Origin: Promethearchaeota archaeon
GTDB taxonomy: Archaea > Asgardarchaeota > Heimdallarchaeia > Hodarchaeales > Hodarchaeaceae
DNA length: 64,000 nucleotides
Reading direction: 5' to 3'
NCBI GenBank assembly: GCA_048938105.1
Contig: JBHLMN010000007.1
Location: forward strand, 32,001-96,000
The number at the start of each line of letters is the position of its first letter. Positions within the stretch are counted from its first letter, which is position 1. A model generated the notes under the pieces. That model was not told the origin of the DNA. It saw nothing but the letters and a program-made list of their open reading frames with translations, and ran no database searches. Shown piece after piece: positions 19,701 through 29,571 of this stretch. Made by a program: the position numbers and the translations under genes.

Positions 19701-20261
19701 ATTCCTGTTTGTAAGAAATGCCATAATTATGTCATGAAATTAGATGAGGATAATCCCTGCCCGCATTGTGGTAACACAGAAACATTGACAGACAGATCGG
19801 ATAAAGATTTTAGGCCAGTTATTCCGAGGGACTTACAATTTGACTTTCAAAAAGAAATCGGAGATGAGGAGAATGTTTTCGTAGCCCCTACTCCTCAAGA
19901 GACATATGGCACCGAAAGAAGATTACCAAAACCTCCTGTAATGCAAGAAACACCAGATCTTGCACCAAAACGAGTTTCTCAAGACATCCCTCTTGAGGAG
20001 ATTTTTCCGACTATTGAAAACGCTACACTCGATCCTGCTTCCCAAAAAGTCTACTTTCAACTCTCTATTGAATTTCAAATCATATTAAATAAAGCTTCCA
20101 ACTATCGACAAGGCCTCTTCCGTTGGAATTTACTATTACCCGACAGGTTACAAGAATATGGATTGACAGAGGAAGCATGGCACAAAATCGCGGCAAAAGG
20201 GGATGGGGATGAGAAAATTCAGGAGCAATTAAATCGATTACTTCGATCAATTTTCGGATAA
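19701..20261 (+). CDS. Zinc-ribbon hypothetical protein; probable non-canonical start
   Basis: In-frame IPVCKKCHNYV upstream of ATG 19734 completes CKKC...CPHC. Confidence 0.65.
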   Translation: MPVCKKCHNYVMKLDEDNPCPHCGNTETLTDRSDKDFRPVIPRDLQFDFQKEIGDEENVFVAPTPQETYGTERRLPKPPVMQETPDLAPKRVSQDIPLEEIFPTIENATLDPASQKVYFQLSIEFQIILNKASNYRQGLFRWNLLLPDRLQEYGLTEEAWHKIAAKGDGDEKIQEQLNRLLRSIFG

Positions 20262-20302
20262 AGAAAAAGGGATTTTCTAAAAATCTTCAAGAAAGTTCTA
20301 CA

Positions 20303-21640
20303 CTATTCTTGAATTAATGAGATATCAATCCCTTTAGTCTCAGGAATCAACCTAGGAACAACCAACATAGCGAGATAAGCAAATGTACACGCAAGCATTG
20401 CGACAGCTAATGCTTGAGCATGTCCTAATGGATTTTCGATAACTGGGCCTGAAGGCTGAAGAGTTTCTGCAATTATCCCAACGAAGAAGGCTCCCCACGC
20501 TAATCCACGAGCTACTGAAAAAATAATAGAAGTAGCTGTCGCTCTGAATCTTGTAGGAAAAACCTCACTTGACCATACCCCAAAAACTCCATGCATTCCA
20601 AATGAAATTGTTAAGACAAGACAGCCAATTATAATTAAAGGAGTTAGAACCATTATAAAATTTGCAACAAAGAAAATAGAGGCTCCAACAAGACCTATAA
20701 TTGAACAGCCGAAAAAAGCATTTCTCCTACCCACACGATCACTTAACCAACCAGTAGTGAATAAAGCAAAAGCAGCAATAACCATTACAGCTAGCATAAC
20801 TACCATTGAAAGCGTACCTGCAGAATCAACGTCTCCCCCCGCTCTTTGTAGCTCATAAGTGAATAAATATTCGAAGTAGGTAGGTGCCCAATCAGCGAGG
20901 GTGTGGTAGGCGAATTCAGAAAGCCAAAATAACAGTGTCAGTAAGAGAGTTAATTTCAACCATTTTCCTTGTAATATGTCAAAAATCCTTACTTTTTCTG
21001 GTTTTACTTCATCTTCAAGTTGTACCGTTTTTTTATAATCAGTCCAAACTTGAGATTCATCTAAGGAAAATTCTAAGTATATTAAAAATGGAATAGGGAA
21101 AAGAGCAGAGAGAAAACACATTCTCCATCCTTCAAGAACAAGAGGCCCAAACGTAATAGGATCGATATTCCCAAAAATCAGAGTGACTATAACAGCTCCA
21201 ATATACCCAACCACAAAGGTCGCATGAACCAATCCACCGGCAGCCCCTCGTTTTTCTGACGAAAATGTTTCAGAAAGCAAAGAAAATGAAATACCCCATG
21301 AAACTCCAAGCCCAGAAAGTAATCTTAGCAAAGCAAATATTTCAAAAGTTGGTGCAATTGCTGAAAGCGAGGTAAAAATAGAATCCCAAAGTACAGAGAG
21401 TAGGAGGATGTTTTTTCTGCCAAAGCGATCAGCTAATTCACCAAAGAGTGCAGCTCCTGGTACAGTCATGACATACTGAGCGGAAAAAACGAATCCAATC
21501 GCAATTTTATCTACACCATACGCAGCACTGATTGTTGTAGCAAGTAGGCTTACCAATACCAAAGCAAACCCATCATGGGCCCAACCAATTATCCCAGCTA
21601 TTAAAACCGGAATTTTACTAGTATTTTGCAATTCGGTCAT
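20303..21640 (-). CDS. MFS transporter (aromatic acid/sialate:H+ symporter-like)
   Basis: GELADRFGRK, GWLSDRVGRR, EVFPTRFRAT, PETKG. Confidence 0.93.
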   Translation of the reverse strand: MTELQNTSKIPVLIAGIIGWAHDGFALVLVSLLATTISAAYGVDKIAIGFVFSAQYVMTVPGAALFGELADRFGRKNILLLSVLWDSIFTSLSAIAPTFEIFALLRLLSGLGVSWGISFSLLSETFSSEKRGAAGGLVHATFVVGYIGAVIVTLIFGNIDPITFGPLVLEGWRMCFLSALFPIPFLIYLEFSLDESQVWTDYKKTVQLEDEVKPEKVRIFDILQGKWLKLTLLLTLLFWLSEFAYHTLADWAPTYFEYLFTYELQRAGGDVDSAGTLSMVVMLAVMVIAAFALFTTGWLSDRVGRRNAFFGCSIIGLVGASIFFVANFIMVLTPLIIIGCLVLTISFGMHGVFGVWSSEVFPTRFRATATSIIFSVARGLAWGAFFVGIIAETLQPSGPVIENPLGHAQALAVAMLACTFAYLAMLVVPRLIPETKGIDISLIQE

Positions 21641-21805
21641 GAATAATCACTCTGAACCAATGATAACGACGCTAAAGAAGAGTAGTGATTTGATCAATAT
21701 ATTAAGTTAAAAAATCTTTTGTATAATTTATTTTATAGCTAAGTAAGATCTAAATTAAACCATTGGAAAAAATTAATCAAATTAAAGTCTCCACTATCCA
21801 TCCCT

Positions 21806-23902
21806 TTATTGGAATTTCCTAGATAATAACTGCTGCATGAGTCCTTTTTTTAAACGGATAATTTTATCCATATACTCTTGAGTTGCTGCTATTCTTGCAT
21901 CTATAGCTGAGAGAATTTCAACGATTTCTTTTTGTTCTGCAATAGATGGAAGAGGAATTTGAATGGTATTAAAATCAGTTCTATTAATTCCTCCCACGAC
22001 CCCATGAAATCTCTTCTTGATTTGATTCTGACAAAGCGAAGAGAACAGGAGATAGAAGAGAAAATGACTATCAAGTCTCTCAGGGTTTTTACTTCTAACA
22101 ATAAACACATGTTCATTAACTGCTACTTTTTTAAATGGTAATTCTTTTACAAATGCAACTTTACCAGTTGTTGCTCCGTCCTTGACTATCAAAATGTCAT
22201 CCTTTCTGACTTTCCCTTGTGTTAGATATTTGTCATATAATTCTTCTGGTATGAACTTGATATTATCCCAAATCACATTACCAGATTCATTTATGTGTTC
22301 TCCGCCTACACTGGCAACTGTCCCCTCTTTCAGTGCTCCACCTTTTGCTCTTTTTCCTGTTTCCAAGTCTACCAACTCCCCAAGGTGAACAATATCCCAT
22401 GAATAAGATTGTATCTTGTTATACTGATTTAACTCTGTTTGAACCGTTTTATTAAAATCTCGATATTCCTTCTCGTATGTTCTTAATTTAGAAATCTCTG
22501 AAAGAACTTGAACCACATTAATCGATTCCTCCTCAACTATGGTTTCGACATATAATGGAATGTTTAGATTATAGTCAAGATCTTGGATTTCATCTAGCGA
22601 GACAACTCGAGAAAATTTGTCAATAGATTCATATTTTTTGAATGCTTTTACAATTCTTTCTATATCATTCACTCGAAGGAAATTTTGTGATCTTCCCTCC
22701 TTATAATAGTTAAAGGCATCAATGAACAAAATTCTTCGTTTTTGGTGAGGATGTTTTCTTTTATTAATCAATATAATAGCTGCTGGTATTGATGTCCCAT
22801 AAAAAAGATTGGGGGGTAAACCAACAATTGCTTCTATTAAATCATTCTGAATTAATGCCTTTCGGATCTTTTTTTCAGCTCCTCCTCTAAACAAAACTCC
22901 ATGAGGCAATATTATTCCCATTCGACCATCATCACGAAGTGTTGCGAACATATGTTGTAAGAAAGCAAAATCTCCGTAATTTTTTGACGGAATACCGAAA
23001 GTAAAACGATTATATGGATCATTTTGAGCTACTTCCATCCCCCAATTAGATAAAGAAAATGGTGGATTGGCAATAACAATATCAAAAAGAAGAAGTTTAT
23101 TCTCTCTTAGCAATTTTGGATTTCGTATTGTATCTCCTTTTTCAATTTGCGAATTTACAATCCCATGAAGGAGTATATTTATTTTGCAAATTACCCAAGT
23201 ATATTTATTCTTCTCTTGACCAAATAAAAATAAACTCCGCCAATTTTCACCTTTCTCCTTCATGTATTCAACACACTGAATCAACATTCCTCCAGACCCT
23301 ACTGTTGGATCAGCTACCCGCATACCTTCTTTTGGTTGAAGTAATTCTACCAAGAGTCGAGCAACCATCTTCGGAGTATAAAACTCTCCTCCTTTCTTCC
23401 CAGCTGATTCTGCAAATTGGGCAACTAAATATTCATAAGCTCTCCCCAATATATCGGGATCTACTAAATCACAGTTTCGGAGTCTATATAAGCTGAAATG
23501 CTTAATTAAATGATCCAATGTTTCACCAGACAGACGTTCGTTTATACTGAAATCAATTCCACTCAAAATTCCTTCTAAAGACGGATTATGCTCTTCGATT
23601 GCTTTACAGGCTTCGCCCAAAGAAGTTAAATTGAGTGAACTCCATCGAGCTGTGTGGGGGATAAAAAAGCTATAGTATCCTCGATCTTCAGTAAAACTCA
23701 CCCTCCTCTCTCTTTCTTCCTCAAAAACGTCATTTAATCTTTTTAAAAACAGTAAACAAAAAATATAATGTTTATATTCTGACGCATCAACGCTTCCCCG
23801 TAAAATGTTTCCAGCCTCCCAGAGATGCCCCTCTAGCTCTTTCTGAGTTAATTTAATACCCAGATAGCGGTGTAGTTTATCTTGGTACTGTTTTTCTGGC
23901 AT
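21806..23902 (-). CDS. Type I N6-adenine methyltransferase (HsdM) fused to a single-TRD HsdS half
   Basis: LWEAGNILRG, GEFYTP, DPTVGSGG, NPPF, HGVLFRG; then DILIVKDGATTGK and PLPSIAEQKEIV...LKKGLMQQLL. Confidence 0.9.
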   Translation of the reverse strand: MPEKQYQDKLHRYLGIKLTQKELEGHLWEAGNILRGSVDASEYKHYIFCLLFLKRLNDVFEEERERRVSFTEDRGYYSFFIPHTARWSSLNLTSLGEACKAIEEHNPSLEGILSGIDFSINERLSGETLDHLIKHFSLYRLRNCDLVDPDILGRAYEYLVAQFAESAGKKGGEFYTPKMVARLLVELLQPKEGMRVADPTVGSGGMLIQCVEYMKEKGENWRSLFLFGQEKNKYTWVICKINILLHGIVNSQIEKGDTIRNPKLLRENKLLLFDIVIANPPFSLSNWGMEVAQNDPYNRFTFGIPSKNYGDFAFLQHMFATLRDDGRMGIILPHGVLFRGGAEKKIRKALIQNDLIEAIVGLPPNLFYGTSIPAAIILINKRKHPHQKRRILFIDAFNYYKEGRSQNFLRVNDIERIVKAFKKYESIDKFSRVVSLDEIQDLDYNLNIPLYVETIVEEESINVVQVLSEISKLRTYEKEYRDFNKTVQTELNQYNKIQSYSWDIVHLGELVDLETGKRAKGGALKEGTVASVGGEHINESGNVIWDNIKFIPEELYDKYLTQGKVRKDDILIVKDGATTGKVAFVKELPFKKVAVNEHVFIVRSKNPERLDSHFLFYLLFSSLCQNQIKKRFHGVVGGINRTDFNTIQIPLPSIAEQKEIVEILSAIDARIAATQEYMDKIIRLKKGLMQQLLSRKFQ

Positions 23903-24011
23903 ATAAATTGCCTTTAGTTCTAGTCTGAATTTATATTTTTCTAAAAAAGAGTGTTTTTTAAAATATATTATAAAAAAAAGATGTTAATAATTAATCTCTT
24001 GCTTTTAATAT

Positions 24012-25247
24012 GTGAGAAGACTGAAATTGAATACAAGCCAGAAGGTTAAACAGGAACAGTTCTATCTAGCTTCAGTTGATATACTCCAAGGAATTTCGGT
24101 ATTATACTTTATTATCTGGCATACAATGCTCTGGTGGGATCATTACATTGATTCAAAATGGCCAAATGTCTTGTTGACTACAAATATCTTTATGACGACG
24201 GCAATGGTCATTCCTCCTCTGTTTTTTTTCCTTTATGGGTTTAATGTTGTAAATTCTCTACTACAAAGAACAACAGAATCTGATCGTAATAATAGTAGAA
24301 CCCGATTAATAAAACGTACACTGATTTTCTTTATAATTGCAGAATTTGCTGAAGGTGCAACAGCATTGGTGACTAACCCGAAGTATTTAATTAACTATCT
24401 TCTTACATGGGAATTATTTCATTTATTCTCTCTCACTACAATCTTCCTTTTATTGATATTTGAGTTGGCATGGAAACTTGAGTATAAAAAAGCTTATGAT
24501 TACCGGAAAGTGAGTTCAGGTGTCTTAATTTTTTTTCTAGGTAGCATACTAGCGATATTCCTACTCATTCATGATTATTCAAGTGGTTTGGCAATTGAAA
24601 AATTATATGTAGATTTAACCCTCGATTCTATTCTTAAGCGAGCTATGTTCGAATATGGTCAAAATCCAGTGATTCCTTGGCTCTCTTTCCCAATTATCGG
24701 TGGAATTACTGCTAACTTTCTTGATTTACCTCATGAACAAAAAAAAGCAGTAGGAAAGAAACTGAGATTAGCATTATTAAGTGGGGTAGTATCTCTGGTT
24801 ATAGGAACGTTATATCTAGGATTTGAAAGATATATTTCAACTGCAGTCTATTACCCAGCTTCTTCATCGTTTGTATTCATATCTATAGGTACCATTATCC
24901 TTTCAACAACTATATTGATTCTTTTTATCGATTTAAATTCTTCTAGTTCTCATCAAACTGTTCTCAAAATATTCTCTCCTCTTATTCTTATTAGTAAGAT
25001 CTCGTTGACCGTTTTTATTATACATAATGTAGTTTATATTATCCCACCCCAAACACCACTCTTACAAGTATTGATCTTTTCTGAAACAGCTGCCATGACT
25101 ACAGGCTTCATTTATTCAATCTTTTTCATAGTAATTGCTTTTTTTTGGCAAAAAAGGAGCTTCAAGTTTAGTTTAGAATGGACTATCTCGAAACTGCAAA
25201 AAGCACAATGGCGATGGTGGATAAATAATCAGAGAGAATTCAAATAA
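24012..25247 (+). CDS. Multi-pass membrane protein, DUF1624/HGSNAT-like acyltransferase
   Basis: SVDILQGIS...WH, PPLFFFLYG, PVIPW, SLTVFIIH, SLEW. Confidence 0.7.
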   Translation: MRRLKLNTSQKVKQEQFYLASVDILQGISVLYFIIWHTMLWWDHYIDSKWPNVLLTTNIFMTTAMVIPPLFFFLYGFNVVNSLLQRTTESDRNNSRTRLIKRTLIFFIIAEFAEGATALVTNPKYLINYLLTWELFHLFSLTTIFLLLIFELAWKLEYKKAYDYRKVSSGVLIFFLGSILAIFLLIHDYSSGLAIEKLYVDLTLDSILKRAMFEYGQNPVIPWLSFPIIGGITANFLDLPHEQKKAVGKKLRLALLSGVVSLVIGTLYLGFERYISTAVYYPASSSFVFISIGTIILSTTILILFIDLNSSSSHQTVLKIFSPLILISKISLTVFIIHNVVYIIPPQTPLLQVLIFSETAAMTTGFIYSIFFIVIAFFWQKRSFKFSLEWTISKLQKAQWRWWINNQREFK

Positions 25248-25484
25248 TCTTCAAATGGTTCCTTTGATTCTTTTTTTCTGTTTTAATTTTTGAAATAGTT
25301 TATTTTTATATTTCCAAGATTAATACTGAGAAAAAAATAAAATTTTCACTTTATATTCAGTTGAGACTCCATTGTGATTATCCTTAAATTTTATTCTGGG
25401 TTAGCCATTATCAATCCCTTTTTGATAAATTAACAACCACATTCAACAGTTTTTAGTGAATTTCTCAAACAAATCAAATATTGA

Positions 25485-26576
25485 ATGATTTTATATAGTA
25501 GTACTGCCCAATTTTATAATGAAGTTATGCAATCAGATATACTGAATAATTCTCACTCTGTTCTTGAACAACCTGTCATAAATGGTCATGAAATGTTGTT
25601 ATTCGAAGCAAACATTGCTTGGAATGCAATCAAAGGATGGAGTTTAGATCAATATCTCAATCAGAAGGAACTTTTAGTCTACGATGATAGAACTATCAAT
25701 CTATCATTCATCAAATCCATAGACCAAAAAGAGAGTGGGAATCAATTATTTCATAAAATATTGAGCCACCACCCAATAAGTAAGCTTCTTCGATTAATGG
25801 ATCAAAATCAACTTGAAAAAATCAGAGAAATTCTTCGAAATCATATCTGGAAGGCAATAAAGGGAGATAACATACTCGGTGTGTCTTTTCTATTTAATTT
25901 TGAAGATCATATTGTCTCTAACATGTCTAGAGTCATTAATTTTGAAAAAATCTTGAAAGAGCTATTTCAGAATCAATATGGTTTTCCAATAGATTGCTGC
26001 TGTCTATATCCTTCTTCAATTGATGTTTTGGACTTTGCAGAGCTAGTAGATCTTCATAATGGATATCAAATCTTTGATAAATTTCAACACGCAAGAGTTA
26101 AACATCATTCATCTCTCAGTCAATCAATGATTTGGGATAATAATGAAACTTATGAGCTTAAGGATTCACTTCCTTTTATTGCTAAAAGAGCTCTATCAAA
26201 AAACAACGCCCCATTCTATTTTTTCAGAGGAAATGAAATTATTGGGATTGCTCATAACCTCGAGAGTTTCTATGAACAATTAGCAGAAGTTCCATTAGAT
26301 GTGTTTTGTTTTCACTGCTATAGAATGAGTCAATCTAGTCTCGCAGGGGAGAGGACTTCTCCTAGCCCTAGAAGTGATATTGCCCTATGGATTGAGTATT
26401 CACTGGGAGACATGAAACTTGCTCATCAAATCTTTGATACAGTAAGTCATTCGATGGGGGATGGATTAAAAACCTTAGAATCTGCGTCTAAATTTACAAA
26501 ATCTACAATAAAATCTACAATATTAGAACTAATTAAATCAAGGATCGATTTTCTTTCTTTCGGAGATTTCATTTAG
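25485..26576 (+). CDS. Putative MEDS-like sensory domain plus DUF5752-like domain
   Basis: CCCLYP...LVDLH (MEDS-like end); FYF...AHNLESFYEQLAEVP...FH...SDIALWIEYSLGD.KLA. Confidence 0.55.
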   Translation: MILYSSTAQFYNEVMQSDILNNSHSVLEQPVINGHEMLLFEANIAWNAIKGWSLDQYLNQKELLVYDDRTINLSFIKSIDQKESGNQLFHKILSHHPISKLLRLMDQNQLEKIREILRNHIWKAIKGDNILGVSFLFNFEDHIVSNMSRVINFEKILKELFQNQYGFPIDCCCLYPSSIDVLDFAELVDLHNGYQIFDKFQHARVKHHSSLSQSMIWDNNETYELKDSLPFIAKRALSKNNAPFYFFRGNEIIGIAHNLESFYEQLAEVPLDVFCFHCYRMSQSSLAGERTSPSPRSDIALWIEYSLGDMKLAHQIFDTVSHSMGDGLKTLESASKFTKSTIKSTILELIKSRIDFLSFGDFI

Positions 26577-26597
26577 ATAATTCAACCAGACACATCT

Positions 26598-27107
26598 TCA
26601 AGATGTATAGGGGACACCACTAGGAGCCATCTTAAAATTAAGTGTTTTCTTGACAATACAATAGGATCGCTTGAAGAAACTTAACCACTTGTCCATATGA
26701 TTCTCCCTGTATTGTTTATATCCTAGAAACAAGTAAAAATTCTTTCTCTCATCTTTCGGGGCTATAACCTCAATTCTATTGACGTTAAAAATTACAATTT
26801 CTTCAACAACACGCATTAAGGAGCTTCCAATTCTGTTTCTTTGATACTGCTTATTAACTGCTACACTGATAACGAACGCATGATGTTCTCTAATTTGAAA
26901 AACAACCCCCCCGAGGATCTCACCATAATCAGCTTTAGCAACTAAACAGAGATGATCCTTTTTCAGGCCGTGATAGAAATTTGGAATATCAAACTGTGAA
27001 AAAATCCTCGTCAATTCATGAAAATCACGTTCAGAACCCAAATTTCGGATTTGATACTTTGGTGGGTTTTTGATCTTTGAAATCTCCCTGTGAATCGTTT
27101 TATACAT
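26598..27107 (-). CDS. GNAT acetyltransferase
   Basis: VAVNKQYQRNRIGSSLM; NFYLFLGY. Confidence 0.85.
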   Translation of the reverse strand: MYKTIHREISKIKNPPKYQIRNLGSERDFHELTRIFSQFDIPNFYHGLKKDHLCLVAKADYGEILGGVVFQIREHHAFVISVAVNKQYQRNRIGSSLMRVVEEIVIFNVNRIEVIAPKDERKNFYLFLGYKQYRENHMDKWLSFFKRSYCIVKKTLNFKMAPSGVPYTS

Positions 27108-27234
27108 GTTTAAAGAATCAGTTTATTAAAAAATTTCCTATTTGCTTGTTTGAGTAATATTTTATAAAAATCTTAACACTCGAAGCTATATTGAAATCTC
27201 ATTATAAATTCAAGATCTATAGGAAGATTATTTT

Positions 27235-27804
27235 ATGGAATCACATTATTTTGAAAAACCTGGACGTGAGAATACATTAGACACCTTGAAACTCGCATAT
27301 AAGGCTGCAAACGAGTTGAATATAAACACCATTGTTGTTGCGAGTACTACTGGTAAATCAGCTCTCGAAGCTATCAATGTTTTCGGTGAATCAATTCAAT
27401 TAATAATTGTTACCCATCAAGATGGTTTTAAAGATGTTGGTAATGAATTTTCTGCAGAAATCAAAGAAGAAATCCTTCAAAAACGGCCTTCTACCATTTT
27501 TCACACAGGAACTCATGCGTTTGCAGGTCTAGAGCGAAGCTTTCGCTTAAAACAGGAGACAATGTTACCTATTGAAATGATTGCTATTACTCTTCGTCGA
27601 TGCTTTGGGGAAGGAACAAAAGTAACCATGGAGATGGCTTTAATGGTTTCGGACGCTGGTCTTATTGATTTAACTAGAGAGATAATCAGCATTGCAGGAA
27701 CAGGTAGAGGACTTGATACTGCATGGATTATCAAACCCTCATATTCTCATAAGCTTTTCAACTTAAAAATGAAGATACCAATCTGTAAACCAAGGAATTT
27801 TTAA
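27235..27804 (+). CDS. Pyruvate kinase C-terminal-like (DUF1867/MTH1675-type) protein
   Basis: YFEKPGRENT, VVASTTGKSA, FGEGTKV, DAGLI, AGTGRGLDTA. Confidence 0.88.
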   Translation: MESHYFEKPGRENTLDTLKLAYKAANELNINTIVVASTTGKSALEAINVFGESIQLIIVTHQDGFKDVGNEFSAEIKEEILQKRPSTIFHTGTHAFAGLERSFRLKQETMLPIEMIAITLRRCFGEGTKVTMEMALMVSDAGLIDLTREIISIAGTGRGLDTAWIIKPSYSHKLFNLKMKIPICKPRNF

Positions 27805-27859
27805 TGAATACCTTTATCTCTAATAACTCATATTATTTAAAGAAATTTGGTTAAGAATC

Positions 27860-28585
27860 TTGAAACACTCTCAATTTGCACTCTCATATGTAGATTCTCT
27901 TGATTTCCTACATAAAATAAAAAAAATCAATCATCAATTTATTTATAACAAGATTGAAAAGATTTTTCAATATATCAATGTTCGTGGGGACTTTCAATGC
28001 AAAATACAATTTGCTCCTCTTTTATTTGCGAAAAAACTTGACTTATTAAACTTAAATAGATTTATAGACATCCTACCGGCAGAACCTCTTTATTTAATCC
28101 TTCTCATCAGAGCAGGTTATGCAGCGTTAGGTTTTAGTCAAAATGGTATTCTAACTCATCATAAGGTTATAAAGAAATATATGGTAAGAAAAAAACAAGG
28201 GAAAGCTCAATTAACTTACCAAGCTCAACGTGGTAAAGCACGAGGTGGTGCTAAACTTCGCTTAGCTAGAACAAATGAGTTTTTAATAGAAATAAATACT
28301 AAACTTAATGATTGGCAAGACAGCATTAAAGAAGCTCAGTGGATCATGTTTCAATGCTCTCCTCGGCTATGGAATGGAATTTTCAAGACAAAAATACTCA
28401 CTCCATTTGATAAAAACGATGAAAGATTGCATAAGATAGGTTTAAACACATATAAACCATCATATGGAGAATTACAGAGGATAAATGGTCTTTTATTACA
28501 GACCACAATAAATCTATATGCCAAGGAGCGTGTTGGATCCATCGAAGATCTATTATTTCAATTAACAACAGAGGCTTCTGACTAA
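27860..28585 (+). CDS. VLRF1 (Vms1/ANKZF1-like) eRF1-fold protein
   Basis: LIRAGYAALG...HKVIKKYMVRKKQGKAQ...GKARGGAKLR...PFDKNDERL. Confidence 0.8.
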   Translation: MKHSQFALSYVDSLDFLHKIKKINHQFIYNKIEKIFQYINVRGDFQCKIQFAPLLFAKKLDLLNLNRFIDILPAEPLYLILLIRAGYAALGFSQNGILTHHKVIKKYMVRKKQGKAQLTYQAQRGKARGGAKLRLARTNEFLIEINTKLNDWQDSIKEAQWIMFQCSPRLWNGIFKTKILTPFDKNDERLHKIGLNTYKPSYGELQRINGLLLQTTINLYAKERVGSIEDLLFQLTTEASD

Positions 28586-28592
28586 ATGCTTC

Positions 28593-29567
28593 TTAATCGT
28601 ACTGTTGCATCATCATTAGGAGCTGAAAAGTGGCAGCTTCTTTTTGTTTCATAGATTCTTGTACATCTTGTTGTGAATAATCATGAAACCCTTTTCCACT
28701 TTTTGTACCAAGCTCCCCAGTTTTAACCATTTTCTCTAAAAATACAGGTGGTTTGGTTGAACGATCTAAAGTTGGATAAAGGTAAGTAAGAACATTTTGA
28801 ATAGTATCCAGTCCCATCAAGTCTACCATCTCAAATACCTTCATAATAGGGAGCCTTAATCCCAAACCATATCTTACAGTAGTTTCTAAATCCACAACAT
28901 CCATTACATCCTCATCTACTAAGTGCATTACTTCCCTAAATAATGCTGCTTGTAATCTATTATGAACATAACCAGGAATGTCCTTTTTAACTAAGACTGG
29001 ACGCTTATTAACGTTGATTAAAAGCTTCATTATTACCTGTACAGTCTGATCCAATGTCTGTTGTCCTTTGACTACTTCTACGAGAGGCATGAAGAGTGGG
29101 GGATTCATAAAATGAGTCCCAATACACAGTTCAGGCCGAGTCGTTTCATTAGCGATTTCTGTTATACTCAAACCAGAGGAGTTGGTTGCTAATATGGTTG
29201 AAGAAGGTGTAATTTCATCTAATTCTTTGAAAATTTTACGTTTTAACTCCAGTTTTTCTGGAACAGCCTCAATAATAAGATGAGAATCCCTTATAGAGCC
29301 AATGTCGTCCTCTAGATAAATCCTATTACGAGCTTTCTTTAGATCAGCTGCATTAAATAAACCAGTACTCTCAACTTTAGTGAAATCATTCTGCAAACGG
29401 AACTCAGCCTTCTTTAATTGCTCCTCAGAAATGTCGTACAATATTATCTCAAAATCATATGAGGCTCCAAAAATAGCGAACAGCTCTGCAATGCTAGGCC
29501 CCATAACTCCCGCACCAAGTATTCCTATTTTTTGTATTTTTGATAAATCCATAACTTTCACCAGCAC
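28593..29567 (-). CDS. 3-hydroxyacyl-CoA dehydrogenase
   Basis: GAGVMG, EAVPEKLELK, TNSS, HFMNP, PGYVHNRL, G.KSGKGF. Confidence 0.95.
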   Translation of the reverse strand: MLVKVMDLSKIQKIGILGAGVMGPSIAELFAIFGASYDFEIILYDISEEQLKKAEFRLQNDFTKVESTGLFNAADLKKARNRIYLEDDIGSIRDSHLIIEAVPEKLELKRKIFKELDEITPSSTILATNSSGLSITEIANETTRPELCIGTHFMNPPLFMPLVEVVKGQQTLDQTVQVIMKLLINVNKRPVLVKKDIPGYVHNRLQAALFREVMHLVDEDVMDVVDLETTVRYGLGLRLPIMKVFEMVDLMGLDTIQNVLTYLYPTLDRSTKPPVFLEKMVKTGELGTKSGKGFHDYSQQDVQESMKQKEAATFQLLMMMQQYD

Positions 29568-29571
29568 TTTC

